Part shown: in pieces, positions 19,309 to 27,976 of the stretch | Numbering within the stretch: position 1 is the first letter of the stretch | Layout: every line of letters begins with the position of its first letter | Assembly: GCA_965219445.1 (NCBI GenBank) | Contig: CBDCNQ010000002.1 | Span: forward strand, 96,001-160,000 | Length of the DNA stretch: 64,000 nt | DNA from: Longimicrobiales bacterium | Lineage (GTDB): Bacteria > Gemmatimonadota > Gemmatimonadetes > Longimicrobiales > Gaopeijiaceae | Direction of reading: 5' to 3' | Notes under the pieces: generated by a model | Seen by the model: the letters and a program-made list of their open reading frames with translations, nothing else | The model's database searches: none | What the model was told of the DNA's origin: nothing | Program-made: the position numbers and the translations under genes

Positions 19309-20364
19309 ATGTGGGATTTCCTGAGTAACCCTTTCGCGGAGAACACAGCGCAGGACTGGCTCACCGCGGCGGTCGTGTTCGTGGTGGTGATAGTGGTGGT
19401 CCGGACTGTGATCGGCATCGGCTTGAGGCGGTTGAGGGCCGTCGCGTCCAAGACGGAGACCGACGTCGACGATCTTATCGCCCAACTGTTGGAAAAAACC
19501 AAGTTTGTCTTCGTAGCCCTGATAGCGCTTTACGCGGGCGCCATCAGCCTTACTCTGCCGCCAGAGATCGACGACCTTCTGTCGACGATTCTGGTGCTCG
19601 GCTTTCTGGTTCAGGGGGCGTTGTGGGCCAACGGGATCGTCAACTACATGCTGGGAAGCTGGGCCCGGCAGAAATTCGAGGCCGACCCCACGATCTCTAC
19701 CGCCCTCGGCTCGATCGGCTTTTTCGTGCGGTTCGCGGTGTGGGCCACATTCGTCATGCTGGCCCTCGACAACCTCAATATCGACGTCGGGCCGCTGGTC
19801 GCCTCCCTGGGAATCGGCGGTGTGGCTTTGGCGCTAGCACTTCAGGGTGTGCTTGGGGATCTCTTCGCCTCCCTCACCATCATCTTCGACAAACCGTTCG
19901 CGGTCGGCGATTACATCCAGGTTGGGGACCTGGCGGGCACGGTGCAGCACGTCGGCCTCAAGAGTACCCGAATCGAGTCGGTGACCGGAGAACAACTCGT
20001 GTTTTCCAACGGTGATCTTCTTGGAAGCCGGATTCGGAATTTCCAGATTCGGCAAGAACGTCGGTGCGCCTTTACGCTCGGCGTGACCTACGACACACCC
20101 CCGGAGAAGCTCGAGCGAATCCCGGGCTTGATCCAGGAGATCATCGAGGCGCGTGAAAATACGCGCTTCGACCGGTCCTTTTTCATGGTTTTCGGGGACT
20201 CGGCGCTTAATTTCGAAACGGTGTATTACATGCTGGTCCCGGGCTACCAGACGTACGCCGAGACCCACCATGCGATCAACCTCGAAATATTCAAACGGTT
20301 TTCGGAGGAGGGCATCGAGTTCGCTTACCCGACTCAGAAGCTCTACGTCGAAGGAGTAGATTGA
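19309..20364 (+). CDS. mscS: Small-conductance mechanosensitive channel
   Basis: LGIGGVALALALQ, DKPFAVGD, GLKST, GVTYDT, GIEFAYPT. Confidence 0.92.
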   Translation: MWDFLSNPFAENTAQDWLTAAVVFVVVIVVVRTVIGIGLRRLRAVASKTETDVDDLIAQLLEKTKFVFVALIALYAGAISLTLPPEIDDLLSTILVLGFLVQGALWANGIVNYMLGSWARQKFEADPTISTALGSIGFFVRFAVWATFVMLALDNLNIDVGPLVASLGIGGVALALALQGVLGDLFASLTIIFDKPFAVGDYIQVGDLAGTVQHVGLKSTRIESVTGEQLVFSNGDLLGSRIRNFQIRQERRCAFTLGVTYDTPPEKLERIPGLIQEIIEARENTRFDRSFFMVFGDSALNFETVYYMLVPGYQTYAETHHAINLEIFKRFSEEGIEFAYPTQKLYVEGVD

Positions 20365-20372
20365 CTCTCATT

Positions 20373-21617
20373 TCAATCTGATTCGGCCTCGTTGATCGAG
20401 GGCGGATCACGAACCAGATGGACGTACTCGACCCGCCTGCCCCGCATTTGGGCGATGCGGAGGCGTGCGTCTTCGAGTTCCACGATGTCGCCCACCCGCC
20501 CGATTCTGTTCAGCTCCCCGAAGACATAGCCGCCAAGGGTGTCGTGGGGCTCCTCGGAGACCGAAAGGCCGAGACGGTCGTTCACTTCTCGTACGGCGAC
20601 CCCCCCCCAGATTCGCACGGTCCCATCGTCCAGCTCCTCGAAGCTCAGGGGCTCATCCTCTTCGTGCTCGTCCTGGATCTCCCCGACGATCTCTTCGAGG
20701 AGGTCCTCGAGGGTCACGAGCCCGGCCGTGCCCCCGAACTCGTCAATGACGATCGCCATCTTCGTCCTTTGGACTCGCATTTCTGGGATCAGGTCTTCCA
20801 CCAGCTTGGTGGTCGGCAGGAACTGCACGGGCCTCACGATTTCGGAGATTTCCGTGATACCCTCCCGGTGTGCGCTCCACAGGTCTCGGGCGAGCAGCAG
20901 TCCCGTAATCTTGTCGATGGACTCGGCGTACACGGGGAGGCGTAGATGCCCTTCCTCGAGCATGATCCCAATGGCTTCTTCTACCATCGAGTCCGCAGGG
21001 ATCGCGATCATGTCGGTCCGGGGTGTCATGACTTCTCCCACGGTGACTTCACCCAGGCGGATCACGTTGGTCACGACCTGCCACTCGTCCTCGTCGATGG
21101 TGCCTTCGCTGTACCCGATCTGGGCGAGCACCTCGAGCTCGGCTCGGCTGACCGTGGAGCCCTCTTTACGACGCAAAAGCTGGCTGAAGAGGTTGAGTGG
21201 GATGAGAATGGGCTTCATCAGGATCACCATCCACCACAAAACATGGGCGGATGACTTGCCTAAGGGTTGCCAGAACGTGGCGCCGATCGTCTTCGGGATG
21301 ATCTCCGAAAACACGAGAATGACGAGCGTGAGGACGCCTGTGAATACGCCGATCCACACCTGGCCGAACACTTGGCCTGCGATCGCGCCTCCGAGCGCGG
21401 CGCCTGCAGTATGAGCGATGGTGTTGAGTGTGAGGATCGCAGCAATCGGCTCATCGATCTTCTGCTTCATTGCATGGAGATAGTCGCCGGCCTTCGATCC
21501 CTGGTCCCTCAACACCTCGACGTATGAGTGCGTCACGGACAGAAGGACGGCCTCCAGGACGGAGCAAAGGGAGGAGATTGAGAGAGAGATCCCGAGGACC
21601 CACAGCAGCGTTACCAT
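20373..21617 (-). CDS. CNNM/hemolysin-family CBS protein (CorB/TlyC-like)
   Basis: ILTLNTIAH, SEIIPK, VMTPR, DEFGGTAGLVTLEDLLEEIVGEIQDE, CorC_HlyC tail. Confidence 0.92.
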   Translation of the reverse strand: MVTLLWVLGISLSISSLCSVLEAVLLSVTHSYVEVLRDQGSKAGDYLHAMKQKIDEPIAAILTLNTIAHTAGAALGGAIAGQVFGQVWIGVFTGVLTLVILVFSEIIPKTIGATFWQPLGKSSAHVLWWMVILMKPILIPLNLFSQLLRRKEGSTVSRAELEVLAQIGYSEGTIDEDEWQVVTNVIRLGEVTVGEVMTPRTDMIAIPADSMVEEAIGIMLEEGHLRLPVYAESIDKITGLLLARDLWSAHREGITEISEIVRPVQFLPTTKLVEDLIPEMRVQRTKMAIVIDEFGGTAGLVTLEDLLEEIVGEIQDEHEEDEPLSFEELDDGTVRIWGGVAVREVNDRLGLSVSEEPHDTLGGYVFGELNRIGRVGDIVELEDARLRIAQMRGRRVEYVHLVRDPPSINEAESD

Positions 21618-21674
21618 ATGCTTTGAGTATCGAGGCGTCTGCACCCAAAAAACAAGGGGTGGACTCCGACGGTT

Positions 21675-24600
21675 TTATACTACCTTACTGATCACGCCTG
21701 CTCCGAGGAACACGAGTGCTCCACTGACGTCCCCTTCCGTCAGCCCATATTGTTCCTGCACCACGTTGCAGTACGCGAGAATCTGCGGGCGATAGCGTTC
21801 GGCGAGGGCGGCGAGCGTCTCATCGTCCCTCGATTCCATGGAGTCTGTCTTGAAGTCCAGGATCTCGGCCCGCACGGTTTGTCCATCCCGCTGGATGAGG
21901 ACCAGGCGGTCGATGACCCCCTCCTGGATCTCGTCCCCCACACGGCGGACGAAGGGGAGCTCGCGTTCGACGTGTATGGCAGTGAAGAGGTCGGATGGGA
22001 ATCCCTCCCGGCTCAGAGCGCTGCGAACGGGCTCGGCCTCCATCCAGCCGCGAAACTCAGCGATGAGGCCGGTTACCTGATCATCGGGCATCCCAGGTGC
22101 GGTCGCTCGAGCAATGCCCCTGAGTTCGTCGTCATCTCCGATCCCGTCCTCGATCCACTCGATTCCCTGGCACCAGGCATGTACCACTTCTCCCCGCCGG
22201 AGGGCGGGCGCCGCATCGAGGCGAAGCGTCGACGACAGGTCGACCCGGTCGTCACCCTCGAGGCTTGACGGGCTCCGCCGGGCGAGATTGCGGCCGGGTC
22301 CGGTAGCGGACGATCGAAAGAGTGTGGCGCCCGGCGTGACTCGTTTCGGGGGCGCAGGTGTCTCCTTCTCCGTCAGCCCCTTCGCTCCTTTCACGTCCGC
22401 GTCCTGCACCAACCGCTGGAACCACCGAGGATCTCCGCGTTCCAGAAGCACGTTGGCATCGTTGGCCTTCTCGTCTTCCAACCCGAGAGCTTCACGGATC
22501 AACGCCGCGCTGTGCCTGGCGCGACCGACGCCCGGAGGCAGAATCAGATGCAGAGCATGCTTCGCCCGCGTGACGGCGACGTATAAGACGCTGAGCCCGT
22601 CTCGCAGTTCGGCTACCCGGAGTTCCCCATCCGCCGCCTCGACTTCGGGGAAGAACGCCCGGTACTCGCCAGACATGGCGGGATACACCTTCGTCACCCG
22701 ACCGGTGTCGGGATCACGCTCGGGAATGAGCACGTCTCCCCCTTCGGGTGCGAGGGAAGCGTAGAGCTCCGGGAGGACAACCGCATCGAATTCCAGCCCC
22801 TTAGAGCGATGGACGGTCATCACCTGCACCCGGGCCGAGGACGGAAGCTCCACCGCTTCACGGGCCACGTACCGGGTGAAGTCGGTCGGCCGGAGGGTCC
22901 CACGCTGATCCCATCGATGGCCCAGCTCCACGAGTTGAATGAGGCGCTGCACCTCCACCGCGTCACAAAGGGGTGCCAGTTCATGAACCCACCTACCCAG
23001 GGTCGGGCCGTAGCCTTTCGCAAGGAGTTGGATCCGGATGCGGGCCGCCACCGCCCGGGCCAAACTCGTGTCCTCCCTGTCCCGAAGCCCAACGATCTCG
23101 CCAAGGGGCGTGTGGGCCACGTGATAAAGGGCCGCGCTGTCGCTCGGGTGATCGGCCAGGTGGAGAAGGGAGAGCAATGCATTGGCCGGTGGCGTATCGG
23201 TCAGGAACGCGCCCCCCTCCCCGCTTGCTCGAACGCCAATGTCCCGGAGTTCGTCCATGAGGTAGCCTACGACCTTGTTTCGGGTGGCCAGAACACCGAT
23301 GCTTCGGCCCGGAATCTGCTCGTGTAGCTCCTTCACAACCCGGGCAGCCCGGCGGAGGAGATTGGGCCGGATGGCGCCCCTTCCGTCATCGCCCGGAGCG
23401 AGATGGACGCACACGTGGCCCGGGAGATTGCGGGCGGCGGCGAGCTCCGTGAAGTCCTCCATCCAAGCCGACGCAACCGCTGGACCTACGTCGATTCTCG
23501 ACACCACTGGGTTGCTCGGGAGACCTCGAAAGACGTCGGCCACGAAGTCGAGGATCACCGGACCCGACCGCCATGACGTGTCCAACGTGTCTCTAGCCAG
23601 TCCGTAGTCCTCGCCCACCCGGCGCACGAGCTCGGGACGCGCGCCCCGCCACCCATATATGGACTGCTTGGGATCCGCCACGATGACCCCGGCGCGCTGG
23701 TCGAGATGCTCGGAAAGCAGTTCGTGGGCGAGCGGCTCCAGAGCCCGCCACTGCTCCAGGGATGTGTCCTGGAACTCGTCGAGCAGCAGGTGCCGTACCT
23801 GCTGGTCCAGCCGGTAGCTCAAGTCGTCCCGGCCCCCAGTGGGATCGGGCCCGCCCAACAGGTGTGTAATGTCATCGAACCTGTACGCCCGGGCGCGGCG
23901 CTGGATATCGTCGAACGCGGCGTCCAGGAGCTCGGCCAGGCGGCCCAATGCCTGAGTCTCTCGGCGGAGCCTCGGGGCGAGGTCTACACGAGCCAGCCCT
24001 TGCACCTCGAGAAGGACATCTTCGAACTCCGAAGGGATGGGCTTGCTGCTGAACGAGTGCTCGCCGGCGAGGACCTTGGCACCGATGCCCGCCCTGAAAG
24101 CCTCGTCCCAGTCGAGCACCGAAATGGCATCGGCGGCATTTTCCCGGGCCGTCACCCAGACCTTCATGGGGCTTCCGCTCCGGGTGGATGGGACCGCGAG
24201 CCCGCGCAGGTGTGCTGCCAGGGCCAGGGCCCTCTCCCGGAGCACCTCCGGGGAGAGTCCCTCGGTCACTCCGAACCCCGGGCGCCAGGGATCTGTCGCT
24301 TTCGGATCCAACTGCCGCCGGACGCTGAGCAGATCGTCCACCTTGTCCAGGAGGGCGGCGTGGACCTGCCGGGCGGCGTCGTTTCGGTGGAGCATGCGTA
24401 GGAGCTCCACCATCTCCGTCTTGTCGGCCGCAACCAAGGCGGCCTGCACGGCTTCAGTACGTAGACGCTCTTGGGTCGGCTCGTCCGCAATGGTCCATCT
24501 CGGCGCCAGTCCCAATTCTTGAAAGAAGCTCCGGGCCACGCGCACGAAAAACGCATCCAAGGTGCCTACGTTCATCTCATGCAGGTCGGTCAGCAGTCGG

Positions 24601-24890
24601 CCAAGCAGCCGGCGGCACTCCTTGGGTCGAGTAAGGCTCGGGTGGGCGTCCCGTCCCAGTTCACGGGCTTTCCCGGCGTCGGAGGCGCCCTCTGCGAGTC
24701 GCACCAACACTCGCTCCAGGATCTCGCCGGCCGCCTTGCGGGTGAAGGTGGAAGCGAGTATCGCGCCGGGTGGTGCTCCAGTCGCCAACAGGCCGAGGAT
24801 GCGGCTGGAGAGGCGGTATGTCTTGCCCGATCCCGCCGAAGCAAGCACCAGTTCCCGTGGTAGGGCCTGAAAAGCGGGGGATACGCTCAC
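21675..24890 (-). CDS. addA: ATP-dependent helicase/nuclease subunit A
   Basis: ASAGSGKT, TFTRKAA, LLDEFQD, DPKQSIYGWRGA, TVHRSKGLEF, YVAVTRA, C-terminal GVIDRL..LDFKT nuclease; GTG overlaps the addB stop. Confidence 0.9.
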   Translation of the reverse strand: MSVSPAFQALPRELVLASAGSGKTYRLSSRILGLLATGAPPGAILASTFTRKAAGEILERVLVRLAEGASDAGKARELGRDAHPSLTRPKECRRLLGRLLTDLHEMNVGTLDAFFVRVARSFFQELGLAPRWTIADEPTQERLRTEAVQAALVAADKTEMVELLRMLHRNDAARQVHAALLDKVDDLLSVRRQLDPKATDPWRPGFGVTEGLSPEVLRERALALAAHLRGLAVPSTRSGSPMKVWVTARENAADAISVLDWDEAFRAGIGAKVLAGEHSFSSKPIPSEFEDVLLEVQGLARVDLAPRLRRETQALGRLAELLDAAFDDIQRRARAYRFDDITHLLGGPDPTGGRDDLSYRLDQQVRHLLLDEFQDTSLEQWRALEPLAHELLSEHLDQRAGVIVADPKQSIYGWRGARPELVRRVGEDYGLARDTLDTSWRSGPVILDFVADVFRGLPSNPVVSRIDVGPAVASAWMEDFTELAAARNLPGHVCVHLAPGDDGRGAIRPNLLRRAARVVKELHEQIPGRSIGVLATRNKVVGYLMDELRDIGVRASGEGGAFLTDTPPANALLSLLHLADHPSDSAALYHVAHTPLGEIVGLRDREDTSLARAVAARIRIQLLAKGYGPTLGRWVHELAPLCDAVEVQRLIQLVELGHRWDQRGTLRPTDFTRYVAREAVELPSSARVQVMTVHRSKGLEFDAVVLPELYASLAPEGGDVLIPERDPDTGRVTKVYPAMSGEYRAFFPEVEAADGELRVAELRDGLSVLYVAVTRAKHALHLILPPGVGRARHSAALIREALGLEDEKANDANVLLERGDPRWFQRLVQDADVKGAKGLTEKETPAPPKRVTPGATLFRSSATGPGRNLARRSPSSLEGDDRVDLSSTLRLDAAPALRRGEVVHAWCQGIEWIEDGIGDDDELRGIARATAPGMPDDQVTGLIAEFRGWMEAEPVRSALSREGFPSDLFTAIHVERELPFVRRVGDEIQEGVIDRLVLIQRDGQTVRAEILDFKTDSMESRDDETLAALAERYRPQILAYCNVVQEQYGLTEGDVSGALVFLGAGVISKVV

Positions 24891-27835
24891 TGGTTGTTCA
24901 CGTGTCGGACGTGACCGGAGGCCTCGTCCTCCTGCTCGCTGGTGGACCGCCATCCCACACTGAGAAGGGGTCCGAGGACGTCTTGCTCAAACCCGGTAGC
25001 CCTCGTCACGTCTGGATCGAATTCAAATCTGGCCCCCCGGAGTCGCCGCACCGCATCACGAGCGGCGTCCTCCGCAGATGCAAAATCCTTTGCGGTCCAG
25101 TCGGCGATCATGAACTCGGCGCCATCCACGGTCTGCGGCAGCGACACGAATCCAAAGTGGACGCGACGTCCCGCCTCACCCTCGCCGTCGATATCGATCA
25201 CCCGCCGACCCTCACCGTCCAGAATTCCCGACAGGAGCCGTCGGTACAGGGGTAGTTGGAGATCAATCCATTGGAGGTCTTCGCCATGGCCCCTCCGATG
25301 GGCCTTCTCGGGGGGGTCCACGGATAGTCCGGTCTTGTAGTCGAGTACGGCCCACTCACTCGTCCGGGGGTTGTGGTCGATGCGATCGATGCGACCCCGG
25401 AGCATGATGGGCGTGCCGTCGACGTCGAAGGGAACACCCTCTCCGTCAGCCGAACATTCCACCGCCACGATCCTCCATCCCTTTGCGGCCCATCGGGCCT
25501 GCTTCTTGGCGAAAGCCCGCAGCCGGACCTTGAGTTGCTCGGCCTGGAGGTGGACCGCGGGCATTGCATCCGGTCCGAAGCTGGTCGAGAGTTCGTTCCC
25601 CAGGAGATCCATCAGTGAGGCAGTTACATCGGCCTCGCTGGCCAGGTCCACTCCCGGTGGCGACTCCAGAGCCAGCAAACCGAACCGGTGCAGGACGTCG
25701 TGCGCCAGGATTCCGAATCGCATCGGGTCGAGCTCGCGGGCCGCATCGTCTAGGCGTTTGAGCTTGTACACCTTCTCAAGGACGAATCGGTAGGGGTCCT
25801 TCAAGAGACCCCTGAAGGCGGTGACCGCCAGGCCGGTCGGCACTACGTCGTCTCCCAATTCGATCACCTGCTCGGGCGGGACGGCGAACTGGCTCACCGT
25901 GCCGGGCTGGAGGCCGAGGGAGGCCAGACTGGCGCCGTCAGGAGTTCCTCCATGTGTTTTCAAGAATCGAAGGACGCGAGCCGGCATTTGGTCCTCCGGA
26001 ATCCGGAACATGAGACGGCTGGGGCGGAGGGGATCGCCCTGGGCGGTACCGCGTCCCGCGACGAGACGCACGGAGTCCTTTGAGTGCAGGACGGTCGTGA
26101 GCCGGTAAGCGTCGCGGGCCAGCCTGCTTCGGTTGTCCGAGAGGCCGAGGCGAGTCCGAAGCGGGTCGGGCAGGAAGGCGTGCCCACCGAGGGACTCGGG
26201 CAAGAAACCCTCGTTGAACCCCGTGAGCATGACGATCGGCGCGTCATCCAGTGGAAGCTCGAGCCAATCGACCAGCTCCACTGCGTCCCGACGGGGCTCG
26301 GGCGGAAGCGCCTCTTCCCGCAGCTCCAGCAACAGCGTTCCAATGGCTTCGCTACCCGAGCACTTCTCGTCCAACGTGTGCGGCACATCGGCGAGGGAAG
26401 CCGCCAGCGCCTGCACACGGCCCAGTGTGTCCAACAAGCTCCGGTGCGCCGACTTGCTCCGATCCAGCTCCAGCTCACCGTAGGCGGTCTGGAGGACGTC
26501 CATCACCACGGACATCCACTGCGACAACGGCCTACGGCCACGAAAGGAATCGAGTGGTCCCTCCCGCTCCAGGGCTTGGGCCACTGGAGGAAAAAGGGCG
26601 GCTTTTCCTTCTCCCCGCGGGATCTCGCCGCTAACCCTCAAGGGGAGGTGTTCACTGAAGTATCGGTCCGCCACCTCGATGGCCTCGGGCCCGGCGGCCG
26701 CGGCCCGAGTGGGACCGCTCAGCGGGCCCGCATCGGGGTGCCGCAGGAGAGCAGCCAGAGCCTCGAACGTGCGGTCGGCGAGGTAGTCGGCCACGGCCTG
26801 GAGGAGGCGAAGGGGACCCGTGCGCGCCAGAGGCGTGCCTGCGGCGTACCGGGCAAAGACGGCACGGGCCTCCAGGCGTTGCTCCAGATATGGCACGACC
26901 TCCGATTCGGGATGGACGGCGAGCACGACCTCTTCCGCCGAATATGCCCCTTCGAAGCGAGCGATGGCGTCGATGACGGCCTCCGCCTGATCGACCGGTC
27001 GCTTCACGACCTCCAGAATCTGGTCCGTCACCGGGACCGGCGCGGTTTCCCAGTAGCTCGTGGAAGGCAAGCCGAAGGCGTCGAAGACGGTGGTGGCATC
27101 GGTTCCGTCGCCGAGCTTCGCCGGCGCGTGGACGAGCGTGTTTACGGACGCGCCGCTTGCCTCCACGAGCCGTCGCGTGACCGTCGGTAGCTCCACAATG
27201 GAGAGGAACCACAGGTCGCCCGTGAACGGCGCAACGCCGGAGTCGAACGCGAGAATGCGTGTCTCGAAGCGGTCCGCCACTCCGGCCCGCTCCAAAAGGT
27301 CCAGGTACCGTCGCTGGACCCTGCCCAACACTTCCCAACGCGTCCCATCGTCGAAAAGGAGGCCCGAACGACAGATCGTGGCGACGTCCGCGAACCGGTG
27401 GCCCTCCCTCGCGAGGTTCTGGTGCAGCCCGGCCAGCAAACCGGCGAGCTCGTCCCACTCGGTGAGGCCGTCGCCCTCAGGGAGATGAGGGAAAACCTTC
27501 TCGAGGACCTCGCGGTCCACGCTTCGAAGTGCTCGAGACCAGGCCCGGCGCGACGTCGCATCGTCCGCCAGGGGTCTCGGGGCGGAGTGGAGCAGCTCCG
27601 GAAGGCTCCCCACGGTCGTAGTTCGAGGCGGAATCAGCATCGCACCCCGGGCTTCGGCCTCGTCCAAAAGGAGTTCGACCATGCGTCGGCGTGCACGCCG
27701 TCCCGGGAGGACGAGGGTGGCAGCTCGGAGGTCGGCCACTGGCCCCTCGATGTAGTGTTCGATGAGGTGAGCGGCGGCTACAGGCAGCGCTGGCCGGTCC
27801 CACCCGAGGAACACGGGTTCGACGGTGTGTGCCAA
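24887..27835 (-). CDS. addB: Helicase/nuclease subunit B (PD-(D/E)xK)
   Basis: Inactive helicase-like N-terminal part; RGRIDRID..LDYKTG..QLPLY nuclease; coupled to addA. Confidence 0.85.
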   Translation of the reverse strand: MAHTVEPVFLGWDRPALPVAAAHLIEHYIEGPVADLRAATLVLPGRRARRRMVELLLDEAEARGAMLIPPRTTTVGSLPELLHSAPRPLADDATSRRAWSRALRSVDREVLEKVFPHLPEGDGLTEWDELAGLLAGLHQNLAREGHRFADVATICRSGLLFDDGTRWEVLGRVQRRYLDLLERAGVADRFETRILAFDSGVAPFTGDLWFLSIVELPTVTRRLVEASGASVNTLVHAPAKLGDGTDATTVFDAFGLPSTSYWETAPVPVTDQILEVVKRPVDQAEAVIDAIARFEGAYSAEEVVLAVHPESEVVPYLEQRLEARAVFARYAAGTPLARTGPLRLLQAVADYLADRTFEALAALLRHPDAGPLSGPTRAAAAGPEAIEVADRYFSEHLPLRVSGEIPRGEGKAALFPPVAQALEREGPLDSFRGRRPLSQWMSVVMDVLQTAYGELELDRSKSAHRSLLDTLGRVQALAASLADVPHTLDEKCSGSEAIGTLLLELREEALPPEPRRDAVELVDWLELPLDDAPIVMLTGFNEGFLPESLGGHAFLPDPLRTRLGLSDNRSRLARDAYRLTTVLHSKDSVRLVAGRGTAQGDPLRPSRLMFRIPEDQMPARVLRFLKTHGGTPDGASLASLGLQPGTVSQFAVPPEQVIELGDDVVPTGLAVTAFRGLLKDPYRFVLEKVYKLKRLDDAARELDPMRFGILAHDVLHRFGLLALESPPGVDLASEADVTASLMDLLGNELSTSFGPDAMPAVHLQAEQLKVRLRAFAKKQARWAAKGWRIVAVECSADGEGVPFDVDGTPIMLRGRIDRIDHNPRTSEWAVLDYKTGLSVDPPEKAHRRGHGEDLQWIDLQLPLYRRLLSGILDGEGRRVIDIDGEGEAGRRVHFGFVSLPQTVDGAEFMIADWTAKDFASAEDAARDAVRRLRGARFEFDPDVTRATGFEQDVLGPLLSVGWRSTSEQEDEASGHVRHVNNQ

Positions 27836-27933
27836 GGTTAGAGAGTCTTAGAGAGTCGTCGTTGGAGTCGGGTTGCAGTTTCCGATGGAGGCAACATAGG
27901 CGATGTTGGCTCAGCCCTACTAGTCGGAGATGG

Positions 27934-27961
27934 CTCACGCATACTAACTCACGCATACTAA
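27934..27961. repeat. Perfect 14-bp tandem duplication
   Basis: ctcacgcatactaa twice, just upstream of the peptidase start. Confidence 0.85.
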
Positions 27962-27976
27962 CTGGGGATGATTCTG

